Shown: piece by piece, positions 10,475 to 20,673 of the stretch | Layout: every line of letters begins with the position of its first letter | Position numbering within the stretch: the stretch's first letter is position 1 | Source: Planctomycetota bacterium | GTDB lineage: Bacteria; Planctomycetota; UBA1135; UBA2386 | Length of the DNA stretch: 64,000 nt | Direction of reading: 5' to 3' | Assembly (NCBI GenBank): GCA_046290465.1 | Contig: JBKAGP010000001.1 | Coordinates: 4,352,001-4,416,000 of the forward strand | The notes under the pieces: generated by a model | Seen by the model: the letters and a program-made list of their open reading frames with translations, nothing else | The model's database searches: none | Told to the model about the DNA's origin: nothing | Position numbers and translations under genes: made by a program

Positions 10475-11670
10475 TGCGAGCTTCGATGCCCAAGGGCCTC
10501 TGCCGGGCCCGTCTGCTGGCGGCGATGGCCGCCTCGTCCTGGGCCCTGTTGGCGGCCGGTGTGGGCTCGGGTGGCCTGCGCGCGCAGAGCACGTGGCAGA
10601 TGGAGGGCGGACGCATGCATGCGCGCGTCGACGGCGCCGCGGGTGCGCAGCTGGCGCCCAGTGCGGTCACGTCGCTCGGCGACGCGGCGCTCGCGGATGG
10701 GGCCTTCTCCGTGCACTTCCCGACCAACGCCGCTGGCAAGCCGCGTTCGCTGAGCCTCGATGTGCCCAAGGGCGCGTCGGTGGTCGTCGGCGTGCAGGCT
10801 GCGGGGCCGGCCGAGCGGCGGCCAGTCGACGTGCACGGCGCTGGCGCGTTCGAGGACACGCTGTCGACGCCGCGCAGCGAGACGCCGATCCACCTGCGAA
10901 CCGTCGGCGAGTCGGCGGCGGACCTGCGCGACTACCGGCTGTCGGCGCGGGTGCGGCCCGGCAAGGGCTGCGAGATGTTCGCGCTTGTCGGCCGCCACAC
11001 CAGCCAGGGCGGTTGCTACCTGTTTGCGATCGACTGGAGCGCCCGCAAGGTGCGCCTCGAACGCTTCCTGGGTGGCGACCACTTCGTCGTGCGCCAGGCC
11101 GACCTGCCGGTCGTCGACCGCGAAGTCACCCTGACCCTGCAGGTGCACGGCTTCCGGATCGAAGGCCTGGTCGACGATGCGCCGATGGTGCGTTCGTTCG
11201 ACGGCGCGATCAGCGCCGGCGCCCCCGGGATCGCCTGGTCGGGCGAACGGCCGGACCACGACGAGGTCTGGCTCGAGCAGCCGGCCGAGCCGCTCGGCAG
11301 CGCCGCCGTGGTGCAGAACGGGCGCGCGGCCTCGCTGCACGCCGCCGTCGCCGAGCCGCCCGGCAGCCTGGCCGTCGTCGAGCTGCTGCTCGATCGGCCG
11401 CACCGCTGGATCCCGCGCGGCCCCGACGGCTTCGAGCCGTGGCTGCGGCAGCCGCTCGCGGCCCCCGTGATCGCCTGGGGCGACTGGCGCCATTCCCTGG
11501 GAAGCAACACGATCAGCGAAGTCGACTACGACGGCAACGTGCGCGTCGAACTGCGCTGGCCGGACCTTCCCGCGCTGCGCCTGCACGCGGCGCTGGTCCG
11601 CGTGCGCATCGCGACGCCGGACGGCGGGCCGATCGTCGGCTCGTCGCCGCCGGTGCGGATCGTGTTCTAG
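10471..11670 (+). CDS. exported hypothetical protein with beta-sandwich core
   Basis: ATGA overlap with exonuclease stop; signal-like N terminus ending LRA-Q; typical codon bias. Confidence 0.7.
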   Translation: MMRASMPKGLCRARLLAAMAASSWALLAAGVGSGGLRAQSTWQMEGGRMHARVDGAAGAQLAPSAVTSLGDAALADGAFSVHFPTNAAGKPRSLSLDVPKGASVVVGVQAAGPAERRPVDVHGAGAFEDTLSTPRSETPIHLRTVGESAADLRDYRLSARVRPGKGCEMFALVGRHTSQGGCYLFAIDWSARKVRLERFLGGDHFVVRQADLPVVDREVTLTLQVHGFRIEGLVDDAPMVRSFDGAISAGAPGIAWSGERPDHDEVWLEQPAEPLGSAAVVQNGRAASLHAAVAEPPGSLAVVELLLDRPHRWIPRGPDGFEPWLRQPLAAPVIAWGDWRHSLGSNTISEVDYDGNVRVELRWPDLPALRLHAALVRVRIATPDGGPIVGSSPPVRIVF

Positions 11671-11773
11671 TCGGGATCCAGCTCGAGCGCGGCGCGGCTC
11701 TTGGCGCGTGACCCGGCAGGACCCGGAACGGATCGACCCCTCGCGCACGCGGCAGGCCGGCTACCATGGCGCC

Positions 11774-14437
11774 ATGAAGAAGGTCGTGCTCGGGGCCCTC
11801 GTCTTGGTTGCGACGGTCGCCTGCTGGTTCTGGTGGCACCGCGTCGCAGCGACACCGGCCGTCCCGCAACAAGGCAACCAGGCCGACAGCGCGGCGTCCT
11901 CGCAGCGCGCCCCGGCCACGGATGCACCTGACGGCGCGGACGCGGCGGACACGGCCGCGCAGCCGGAGGCCCGCCGCGAGGCCGTGCACACCACCGCGCC
12001 GGCCGACCACACCTGGGTCGTGCGCGGCCGCGTCATGAAGCGTCGCGGCGAACGCTATCCTGGGGCGCGCGTGCGGCTCGCCTGCTTCACCGGCCAGGGG
12101 ACCGACGGCGAGGCGCTGCACGAGGGCTTGCTGACCGCGGACCAGGACGGCGCGTTCGCGTGGACGCTGCCGCGGCCCGTCGGCACCGTCACGATTCGCA
12201 GCGAGGGCGCGATGCCCCAACACACCGAAAGCGTCGAGAGCCTGCTGGTGCCAGCCGGCGATGCGGCGCCGCAAGACGTCGAGGTCTGGATGACGCCGCT
12301 CGATTGCACGGTGACCGGCATCGTGCTCGACGAGCAGCGTCGCCCGGTGCCGGACGCGTGGGTCGGCTCGGTGCGCAACAAGCGCCCGGTCGCTGCCGAC
12401 GGCTCGTTCTCCCTGCAGGTCGCGAACGCGTACGGCAGCACGCGCGTCGAGGCCGGCGCACCGGGCCACGCCAACGCCCGCCAGACGATCGTGCTCGACG
12501 ACGACACCGATCCCGTCGTCGAGTTCTTGCTGCAGCCCGGCTTCCCGATCCGGGGCCGCGTCGTCGACGAGTCCGGCGCGGGGGTCGAAGGCGCGCAGGT
12601 CGCGACGTTCTTCACGATGTACGATCCCGTCACGAGCGGCGCCGACGGCCACTTCGAACTCACGCACGCGGACGCAGCGCGCGGCTCGCACTCGCTGTTC
12701 GCCCGCAAGGATGGCTACGTCGAGGCGAAGGAGCAGGTCGACGGCAAGCAGCCGCGGGGCGAATACGTGCTCCGGCTGACGCGTGGGTGCCGCGTGCATG
12801 GCCGTGTGTTCGGGCCGGACGGCAGTCCGGTCTCCTGTGCGGGGCTCTACATCGGCTTCAGTCCCAATGCCTACGACCGGCTTGACGCGGTCACCCTGGA
12901 CGACGGCTCGTTCGAGTTTGCGGCGGTCGCGCCGGGCTCGCGCACGTTGGTCACCGCGCGCAAGGGGCTCGCGCCGGACACTCGCGTGATCGAAGTGCCC
13001 GTTGAGGGCGACGACCTGCGCGTCGACGTGCAGCTCCTCCCGGGCCACTTCGTCAGCGGCGTCGTCGTCGACACCGCCGGCGACGGCATCGCGGGCATCA
13101 TGGTGTCGGCGCGGCAGGTGCGCCCCGAGGGCGCGCAGCACCGCCGACAACGGGGCGAGTACCTCGACGTGCGCGCCACGACCGGGCCCGACGGCACGTT
13201 CCGGCTCGACGGCCTGCCCGCCGGGGTCGTCATCCTCGAGACCTACGGCAGCAACGTGATACGCAAGGAGGTGCCCGACATCGCCGTCGACCGCGGCGAT
13301 GTGCGTATCGTCGTCGAACGCGCCGCGAAGCTCGCCGGCCGAGTCGTCGACGACGCGACCGGGGAGCCCGTGCGCCAGTTCCGCGTGCACCTGTTCCGCC
13401 CCGAGCTTGCGGAGGGCGAGGCGTCGATCGGCGGCTACAGCGCGACCTGGGTGCGCGAAGGTCACGAGTTCCGCACCACCGACGGCGTCTTCCGGACCGA
13501 GAACGAACAGTTCGCCGTCGGCGCCGTGGCTGGCGTCGTGGTCTCCGCCCCCGGCTACGCGCAGACGCGCCACGAGCGCTGCATCGCCGCCCACGATCCG
13601 GCCCCCGACGACTGCCTGGTGCGGCTGGTGCGCGGCGGCACGATCCGCGGCACCATCGTCGCCGACGCGGACGGCGAACCGATCGCGGGCGCCCGCGTCC
13701 TGCACTTTGCGGCCGAGCAGCCGCCGTCGTCGTTCGACCGCGAGAACGGCGCGCGCATCCGCGCGACGAGCGCCGCCGACGGCACCTTCGTCCTGGAGGA
13801 CCTGCCGCCCGGCCCGGCGGCGCTGCTGGTCGAGGTCGAGGGGCTGCCTGCCCACCGCGAGGCCCCGTTGACGATCGCGGTCGGCAGCACGGTCGAGCAC
13901 ACCGTGCGCGTGCCCGCGGGCGCCGGCCTGTCCGGCGTCGTGCTCGACCTCGACCGACGACCGCTCGCCGGCGCCGACGTCACCGTGACGTGCGGCGACA
14001 GCAGCGCCGAGGCGACCACCGACGACCACGGTCGCTTCCGCACCGAGTCGATCCTGTCGCCGGGCGAGTGCGACGTCGTCGTCCGCAGCGCGCGCGGCAA
14101 GGTCGCGTTTGCGATCCGCGGTCGGGCGTCGCTGCTGGCGGGCCAGACCGCCGACATCGAGCTCGCGCCGACCGGGCGCGGCCTGCTCCGCATCACCGTG
14201 GACGGAGCACCGGCCGAAGGTGCCGTGAAGCTGAGCGCCACGCTCGTGTCCAAGGAGCTCGGCTTCCCGCGCTATGCGGCGGTGAGCACGGGCAATACGT
14301 GCGAACTACGCGGGCTGCCGGCGGGCGAGTATCGCGTGTTCGCGTCCGCCGACCGTTCGTTCGGCCAGGCGACGTGCACGCTCGGGGATGCGGCCGCGGT
14401 GGATGTGACGGTCACAGTGCGCACGTTCGGCCGGTAG
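11774..14437 (+). CDS. membrane-anchored protein with tandem carboxypeptidase-regulatory-like repeats
   Basis: MKKVVLGALVLVATVACWFWW anchor; about eight G-x-V-x-D-x-x-G-x-P repeats; TACCAT 6 nt before ATG. Confidence 0.87.
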   Translation: MKKVVLGALVLVATVACWFWWHRVAATPAVPQQGNQADSAASSQRAPATDAPDGADAADTAAQPEARREAVHTTAPADHTWVVRGRVMKRRGERYPGARVRLACFTGQGTDGEALHEGLLTADQDGAFAWTLPRPVGTVTIRSEGAMPQHTESVESLLVPAGDAAPQDVEVWMTPLDCTVTGIVLDEQRRPVPDAWVGSVRNKRPVAADGSFSLQVANAYGSTRVEAGAPGHANARQTIVLDDDTDPVVEFLLQPGFPIRGRVVDESGAGVEGAQVATFFTMYDPVTSGADGHFELTHADAARGSHSLFARKDGYVEAKEQVDGKQPRGEYVLRLTRGCRVHGRVFGPDGSPVSCAGLYIGFSPNAYDRLDAVTLDDGSFEFAAVAPGSRTLVTARKGLAPDTRVIEVPVEGDDLRVDVQLLPGHFVSGVVVDTAGDGIAGIMVSARQVRPEGAQHRRQRGEYLDVRATTGPDGTFRLDGLPAGVVILETYGSNVIRKEVPDIAVDRGDVRIVVERAAKLAGRVVDDATGEPVRQFRVHLFRPELAEGEASIGGYSATWVREGHEFRTTDGVFRTENEQFAVGAVAGVVVSAPGYAQTRHERCIAAHDPAPDDCLVRLVRGGTIRGTIVADADGEPIAGARVLHFAAEQPPSSFDRENGARIRATSAADGTFVLEDLPPGPAALLVEVEGLPAHREAPLTIAVGSTVEHTVRVPAGAGLSGVVLDLDRRPLAGADVTVTCGDSSAEATTDDHGRFRTESILSPGECDVVVRSARGKVAFAIRGRASLLAGQTADIELAPTGRGLLRITVDGAPAEGAVKLSATLVSKELGFPRYAAVSTGNTCELRGLPAGEYRVFASADRSFGQATCTLGDAAAVDVTVTVRTFGR

Positions 14438-14488
14438 GCGGCCCCCTCGGCGACGGCGCCGCCGACGGAGATCGGGGAGTTGGCCGTG

Positions 14489-15856
14489 CTAACGGACCAC
14501 CGTCTCGAGACCATTCGAGAACGCGGCGCCGAGTGCGTTCGCACCTGGATCGAGCACGACACCCTGCCATGTCAGCGTGCCAAGGCTGGACAGTGGTGGC
14601 ACGACGAAGCTCCACGCCGCGACACCGCTGACATGGACTCCGATCGCCACCGAGAACCCCGGGTCCAGCAGCAGTTCGCAGCCGGGCGCTCCGAATGCGG
14701 TCAGGTCGACCGGGGTCGTAGCACGGTTCCCCAGCAGCAGGAACGGGGTGGTCGGAGGCAGTCCGCTCAAGCGGAGGTCGTAGAACTCGCCGCGCCACGC
14801 AGGGCGGAGAGCCGACAGCACGGGAGTGCCGCGACTGGACGAGCACCCGCTGCCGAATGCTGTGTTTCCGGGCGGGTCAGACTCGCCGAAGACCCACGTG
14901 TCTTGCATGGCGGAGAGGTTGTTGTAGCCCCCGAACATGAACAGGCGACCCAGTGCGTCGCGCACGACCGAGCCGGCGCTGAAGCGCGCCGGCGGTGTCG
15001 TGCTCGTGGGGATGATCTGCCACCCGCTCGGCGTCAGCTCCCACGTGTCCGCGTACGGCGTTGGGTCCCCGTAGCCTCCGAACAGGATGCAGCGCCCGAG
15101 GTCGGGAACGAACTGGAACACCGGGGTTGCGCGTGGCGGCCCATAGGTGCCGACGGACAGCTGGGTCCAGCCCACTCCGTCGAAGCTCCAAGTGTCGTTG
15201 TAGAAGACGCGGACTGGAGTCGTGCTGTGTCCTCCAACCAGCAGGAGTTCGGCTCGCACGGGGTCGTAGGCCATTCTGCCTTGCGAACGCGGACCGATCG
15301 GTGTCGTGGTTGCGAGCAGGACCCACTGGGTGCCGTCCCAGTTCCAGAAGTCCGCCAAGAAGGTGGAGCTGGGCGGTGTGAATTGCCCTCCAAGCATCAA
15401 TACGCCTGGCGTTGCCGGTGTCGTGCCAATGCACGGTAGGAATCGTGGCGATGGGACCGGAGACGCCTGCGTGTGCTGTGACCAGTTCACGCCATCCCAG
15501 ATCCAGGTGTCGTTCAAGGTGTTGCCATCGGTACCACCGAACAGCACGACGTTTTGGGATACCGGGTCCCAGAAGAGCGCGTGCGCGTGGCGAGGCGTGG
15601 GCGATGTCGCGGGGAAGCGCTGCACCCAATTGAATCCGTCGTATTCCCAGGTGTCGGAGAGGTCGCCGCTGTCTCCGAGCCCTCCGAACATGACGACGCG
15701 GTCACGGATCGGATCATAGGCAAGTTCGGATGCGTAGCGTCCAGCCGGAGCCGTCAGGGGGACCCGGGGTAGCCATTCCCGGTTCTGGCTGGAGGCCGTG
15801 GATGTGGCGAAGGCGCAGGCGGCCATACCTAGGAGAAATGTGTAGGGCGTTCCCAT
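14489..15856 (-). CDS. exported Kelch-repeat beta-propeller protein with shared C-terminal domain
   Basis: six repeats of the type AYDP...VVMFGG...DTWEYDG..W; signal peptide ending ASS-Q; C terminus FGSGC...WQGVVLDP...FSNGLETVVR. Confidence 0.87.
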   Translation of the reverse strand: MGTPYTFLLGMAACAFATSTASSQNREWLPRVPLTAPAGRYASELAYDPIRDRVVMFGGLGDSGDLSDTWEYDGFNWVQRFPATSPTPRHAHALFWDPVSQNVVLFGGTDGNTLNDTWIWDGVNWSQHTQASPVPSPRFLPCIGTTPATPGVLMLGGQFTPPSSTFLADFWNWDGTQWVLLATTTPIGPRSQGRMAYDPVRAELLLVGGHSTTPVRVFYNDTWSFDGVGWTQLSVGTYGPPRATPVFQFVPDLGRCILFGGYGDPTPYADTWELTPSGWQIIPTSTTPPARFSAGSVVRDALGRLFMFGGYNNLSAMQDTWVFGESDPPGNTAFGSGCSSSRGTPVLSALRPAWRGEFYDLRLSGLPPTTPFLLLGNRATTPVDLTAFGAPGCELLLDPGFSVAIGVHVSGVAAWSFVVPPLSSLGTLTWQGVVLDPGANALGAAFSNGLETVVR

Positions 15857-16201
15857 GCGCACTATTCTATGGATGAAGTCGTGATGTCCGGGCGACGTAA
15901 TACGAATGCGGTTCCCCATGCGGTGGCTCGGCGCTGGCGCGCCACAGGGGCTCCGTGACGGAGCTTGCTGCTTGCCTCTCGTGCACCATGCGCCAGCTCG
16001 TCGCCCGGCGGCCGCCGTCATGTCGAACCTGGCAGGGTCGCTCCTCGCGCAAGGGCCTGTTGGTCGGTCTCGCGAACTGCCCGCGCCAGACCCGTGTCAG
16101 CCGCCGATGGCGGCAGGCCAACCTTCGAGCGTCCCTGGCGGCTACCTGAAAAAGTGTGCGTTACCGCTCACTTTCCACGGGACTACAGTGCGCCAGTCGT
16201 C

Positions 16202-18136
16202 ATGGAGCACCCCTTCAAGCTGTCGTTGGTCGCGCTGATGCTGGCAGCGGGCCTGTCCGCCCACGGTGGGCAATACCGGGGACCGAAGATCATCCCGTTG
16301 CCCGTGCAGCTGCCGCCGGGCGTGCCGCGGGCGCCGTTGACGCCGCGCTCGACGCCCGCGCCGACGCCGGCACCGACGACCGGGGCGCGCGATGTGGTCG
16401 CGTTCTCGCGCACATGGCAGACCTGGTGGGAGTTCAACAAGGAGCCGTTCCTGGTGCCGCGCGTCCGCGGCGAGCAGGCGCCGGTCACCGGCTCGGACGA
16501 CTTCTACCTCGGTCCGCGCGGCTCGAAGCGCACGTTCGACGTGCTCAAGCCGACCGACGAGGACCGCACCGACCGGATCGTGCCGGCGCTGGCCGCGCTG
16601 ATCGAACGCGAACGCAACCGCGACGTGCAGACCGCGTGCCTGGTCGCGCTCGGCAAGGTCGGGCGGGACGGCAAGGACGACAACGGCAAGCTCATCGAGC
16701 TCGAGGCGCTGATCCGTTCGCGCGTGAGCCGCGACAACCAGGAGGTGCGCGAGACCGCCGTGCTGTCGCTCGGCATCGCGGGCCGTCGCGAGGCGCTCGG
16801 GATCCTGACCGACCTGTTCGAGGACACCGCCGCCGGCCGCAAGCTCGCCGACCGCTCCAAGGTCCGCAAGCGCACCCGCGCCTACGCCGCCTACGGCCTC
16901 GGCCTGCTGGCGCGGCGGGTCGGCGATCCGGCGCTGTCGCAACAGGTGCACGACGTGTTGTGGCGGGCGCTGACCGACGACGAATACGACGACCGCGACC
17001 TGCGCGTGGCGATCGTCTCGGGGCTCGGCGTGCTGCGAGCGGACCCGGACCGTTCGGCCGACAAGCGGCTCGGCTGGCAGGCTGCCGAGAACCTGATGCA
17101 GTGGTTCGAGCAGGACCTCGGCCCGACCGAGGAGAGCCTGCAGGCGCACGCGCCGATCGCGGTCGCGCGGCTGCTCGGCCGCGGCACGTCGCGGGTGCAC
17201 CTGCGCGTCAAGGAACGCCTCGCGGCGACGCTCAACGCCCGCAAGCGCCGCGGCCAGCCGATCCTGCAGTCCTGCGCGATCGCGCTGGGCATGCTCGCCG
17301 TGCCGGCCGAGCAGCGCGCCGGGGACGAGCCGTTCAGCGAAGCGCTGCGGATCTACTACCAGAAGGGCAAGGACCGCACCGCGCAGCAGCTGGCGCTGAT
17401 CTCGCTCGGTCGCATCGGCGGCGGCGAGAACCGCGAGTGGCTGTCCAAGATGTATTCGAGGGCGCGCGCCGACTTCCAGCCGTGGGCCGCGCTGGCGCTC
17501 GGGCTGCAGGCGAAGCCGGCGGCCGAGGCCGGCACGCCCGACGTCGTGATCGGCGAGATGCTGCTCGACGACCTCGAGGACGCGTCGACCGACGACCTCC
17601 GTTCGGCGCTGGCCGTGGCCGTCGGCCTGACCGGCCTGCGCGACGCCGCGCCGACGATGCTGCGGCTGTTGAAGAAGCACGAAGGCGATGTGCGCACCGC
17701 CGGCTACCTCGCGATCGGCCTCGGGCTGCTGCAGGACACCAAGTCGGTCGCACACCTCGGCGAGGTCATGCAGCGCTCCGCGCGCCGCCCGTTCTTGCTG
17801 CAGCAGTGTGCGGTGGCGCTGGGCGTGCTCGGCGACCGGCACGCCAACGACCAACTGCTCGGCCTGCTCGAGAACAGCGAGAGCGTCGCGGTGCTGGCCG
17901 CGATCGCGTCGTCGATCTCGCGCATCGGCGACCGCCGCGCGATCGGGCGGCTGATCGAGATGACCGACGACAAGGGCCTGACCAAGCTGGGCCGCGCGTT
18001 CGTCGCCGCCGCGCTCGGCGGCGTCGGCGACAAGGACGAGCTGCCGTGGAACGTCCCGCTGAGCGTCGACGTCAACTACGCGACCGGCATCGACACGCTG
18101 ACGAACGGTTCGACCGGCGTGCTCGACATCCTGTGA
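16202..18136 (+). CDS. exported HEAT-repeat protein
   Basis: signal peptide then HGGQYRGP; repeated helical units (VQTACLVALGKVG, VRETAVLSLGIAG, CAVALGVLGD). Confidence 0.85.
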   Translation: MEHPFKLSLVALMLAAGLSAHGGQYRGPKIIPLPVQLPPGVPRAPLTPRSTPAPTPAPTTGARDVVAFSRTWQTWWEFNKEPFLVPRVRGEQAPVTGSDDFYLGPRGSKRTFDVLKPTDEDRTDRIVPALAALIERERNRDVQTACLVALGKVGRDGKDDNGKLIELEALIRSRVSRDNQEVRETAVLSLGIAGRREALGILTDLFEDTAAGRKLADRSKVRKRTRAYAAYGLGLLARRVGDPALSQQVHDVLWRALTDDEYDDRDLRVAIVSGLGVLRADPDRSADKRLGWQAAENLMQWFEQDLGPTEESLQAHAPIAVARLLGRGTSRVHLRVKERLAATLNARKRRGQPILQSCAIALGMLAVPAEQRAGDEPFSEALRIYYQKGKDRTAQQLALISLGRIGGGENREWLSKMYSRARADFQPWAALALGLQAKPAAEAGTPDVVIGEMLLDDLEDASTDDLRSALAVAVGLTGLRDAAPTMLRLLKKHEGDVRTAGYLAIGLGLLQDTKSVAHLGEVMQRSARRPFLLQQCAVALGVLGDRHANDQLLGLLENSESVAVLAAIASSISRIGDRRAIGRLIEMTDDKGLTKLGRAFVAAALGGVGDKDELPWNVPLSVDVNYATGIDTLTNGSTGVLDIL

Positions 18137-18137
18137 G

Positions 18138-18157
18138 GCGCGGCCGACTCGCCGCGC
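18138..18157. terminator. GC hairpin between convergent genes
   Basis: GCGCGGC-CGACTC-GCCGCGC; no U-tract. Confidence 0.35.
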
Positions 18158-18164
18158 GTTCGCC

Positions 18165-20504
18165 CTACTGCTGGTAGAAGTCGAACGCGTCGCTCAGCGC
18201 GAACAGGCCGTTGCTCGGGCTCGGCGTGAGCATCAGCGCCTGGAAGCGGAACATCTGGTCGCCCAGGCCCGGCGGCAGCGTCACCGAGAACTGGAAGTTG
18301 CCGGTCGGCAGTCCCGGGATCACCACGACGCCGTCGCTGTGGTCGAGCCACAGGCCGGAGATGCCCAGGTCGATCGGCGGCGCGGCCGGCGTGTGGATCT
18401 GCAAGAACAGGCCGCCGACGTGCGCGTTGTGCGTGCCGCCCGGTGACGTGACCTCGAGGTCGAGCGTGTCGCCGGCCGCGACGCGCTTGCCGCACGTCGT
18501 ATCGAAGGCGCCGCCGTTGACGGCGGTCTTCAGCACCAGGTCCTCGTTGGTGCCCGGCATGTTGCACCAGCGGGCGGTCGTCATGACCTCGGGCGCCGAG
18601 CCACCGGTCGCCATGTAGGCGTCGAACAGGTCCTGGCCGGCGTCCGCGAGGAACGTCGAGGTGCCCGGGTTGGCGAGCAGCAGGAACTGCACGTATTCCC
18701 AGCTCGACGTCTGGTAGAGCAGTTCGAACTCGGCGCGCGTCGCACCGGGCGGCGGCGTCAGCGCGACGTCGTCCCAGTAGTCGTAGACGCCGCCGGGAGC
18801 GGGGTTGCCGTACTGGGTCGCCGGCACCGGCAGCGCGTTGCGCTTCTCGGCCTCGTCGCGATCCATGCGATATGGCGGGATCCGGTTGTCGGACTTGACC
18901 TTGTTGTTGAGCACGAAGTGGAACGTCTCCTGCTCCGTGCCGGCCGGGCTCGCAGCGAGCTGCGCCAGGGTCATCGTGACGTTGCCGCTGACGCGATCGA
19001 ACGTCAGCGGCGTGGCCGGGTCGACGCCCATGGTCAGCAGCTGCAGCGCCCAGTCCTGCGTGATCGCGAGCTTGGTCTCGTAGACCCGCGCGTTGGGGTC
19101 GGTGATCGAGCTGACCGTGTGCTGCGTGCCGTTGACCGTCGCGGTGAATGGCTCGTAGGCGCCCTGCTCCTGCACGACGTTGAGGTCCTCGTCCATCCAG
19201 CGCACTCGCAGCCACATGCGGCGACCCTCGGGATAGCCGGTGATCAGCTTGTGGCCGGTCAGGTTGGTGACGCGCAGCGTGCTGTTGTCGCTGTGCACGT
19301 CGAGCGCGCCGGCGCGTTGCAGCGAGGCGCGCGCGCGCGAGACGCCGTCGTCGATCGCCGTGACCTGGCCGGGAGCGAGGTTCTGGCCGAGGCGCAGGCG
19401 GCTGGGGACCTGCGCATCGAGCCACTTGATCGCCTCGGGCACCCACGTGTTGCCGCCGGTCAGGTCGTGGCGGGGCAGGTCGGCGCGCACCGGGCCGAGG
19501 TTGAAGGCGGCGCCTTCGCCGACCACGGGTTCGACGTGGCACGACTGGCACGAGAACATGCGCATCGAGCCGTCGACGTAGTTGCCGCCGTTGTTGGCGA
19601 GCATCGCCTGGTCGTATGCGCGCCGGATCGCACCGCGCTGCAGGTCCTGCGGCAGGCTGCTGAAGTTGCCGACCGGCGTCGTCGACAGCGCGCTGGCGAT
19701 GTGCTCGCTGAACGTCCGCTCGACGATGCCGTACGCATACGGCGGGTTGTTGAACGCTGCCTTGCCGGCGACCGGTGCGCCCGGGATGCCGCTGAACGTG
19801 CCGGGCTGCAGCGGCGTCTGCGCGCCGTTGTTGGGTGCGAGGTCGCCGACCAGCGGGTTGGAGACGTCGTGGCAGGTGCCGCAGATCTTCGGCGAGCGGT
19901 GGAACACCGACTGCGCCCATGCGTGCGGTGCGGTCGGGTTGGAGTACGGGCCGTAGCGCGTCTGGTCGCCGGCCAGCACCGCCATGCCGCTGCCGTAGTA
20001 GCCCTCGGCCGGGTTGCCGCCGTCGTTGGCGACGAACGGCGCAAACTGCTTGCCGGCGTGCTCGCTGCCGTCGGGGTTGGTCAGCTGGTGGCAGATGCCG
20101 CACTCGATGCCGTTGTGGTCGGTCAGCGGGTCGAGCGCCGAGCCGTCGGTCGGCGTCGCGCGCCCTTCGTGCCAGCCGCGCGGCGAGTGGCAGCGGATGC
20201 AGTAGTCGCCGGCGCCGGGGATGTCGCCGTCGGCGATCGCGAGCGCCGCCCAGAACACCGGGTCGCGGCCCGCGAGCGCCATCATGCTGCCCTGCCACTG
20301 GTGCACGGGTTCGACCTCGGCGTCGTAGTTGCCGTGGCAGCCGATGCAGGCGTTGAGGCTGCCGAGGATCGCGGCTTCGCCGGGCTGCGTGCCCGGCATC
20401 TGCACGTCCGTCGGCGGCATGAACTGGAAGCCGACGTTGGTCAGCAGGAGCGCGAGCGAGCCCAGGCCGAGGAGCGGCAGGGCCTTGTTGGTGGTCGAGA
20501 GCAT
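18165..20504 (-). CDS. exported pentaheme c-type cytochrome with shared C-terminal domain
   Basis: five CxxCH (CIGCH, CIRCH, CGICH, CGTCH, CQSCH); WQGSMMALAGRDP; NLTGHKLITGYPEGRRMW. Confidence 0.88.
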   Translation of the reverse strand: MLSTTNKALPLLGLGSLALLLTNVGFQFMPPTDVQMPGTQPGEAAILGSLNACIGCHGNYDAEVEPVHQWQGSMMALAGRDPVFWAALAIADGDIPGAGDYCIRCHSPRGWHEGRATPTDGSALDPLTDHNGIECGICHQLTNPDGSEHAGKQFAPFVANDGGNPAEGYYGSGMAVLAGDQTRYGPYSNPTAPHAWAQSVFHRSPKICGTCHDVSNPLVGDLAPNNGAQTPLQPGTFSGIPGAPVAGKAAFNNPPYAYGIVERTFSEHIASALSTTPVGNFSSLPQDLQRGAIRRAYDQAMLANNGGNYVDGSMRMFSCQSCHVEPVVGEGAAFNLGPVRADLPRHDLTGGNTWVPEAIKWLDAQVPSRLRLGQNLAPGQVTAIDDGVSRARASLQRAGALDVHSDNSTLRVTNLTGHKLITGYPEGRRMWLRVRWMDEDLNVVQEQGAYEPFTATVNGTQHTVSSITDPNARVYETKLAITQDWALQLLTMGVDPATPLTFDRVSGNVTMTLAQLAASPAGTEQETFHFVLNNKVKSDNRIPPYRMDRDEAEKRNALPVPATQYGNPAPGGVYDYWDDVALTPPPGATRAEFELLYQTSSWEYVQFLLLANPGTSTFLADAGQDLFDAYMATGGSAPEVMTTARWCNMPGTNEDLVLKTAVNGGAFDTTCGKRVAAGDTLDLEVTSPGGTHNAHVGGLFLQIHTPAAPPIDLGISGLWLDHSDGVVVIPGLPTGNFQFSVTLPPGLGDQMFRFQALMLTPSPSNGLFALSDAFDFYQQ

Positions 20505-20673
20505 CGTCGGGTGGCGCGGATGGCGGGCGGGCGCGGGGTTGGCGGACGCTGGGCAGAAGGATACCCCGCCAATGCCGCCCGCCGAGGGCCCGCACTACCT
20601 CGCCGTCTCGCGCCGGTTACCGGATTCGGACCGGTCCCGATCCGGGACGGATCGCCCGGGTGCGATGCCGTGG

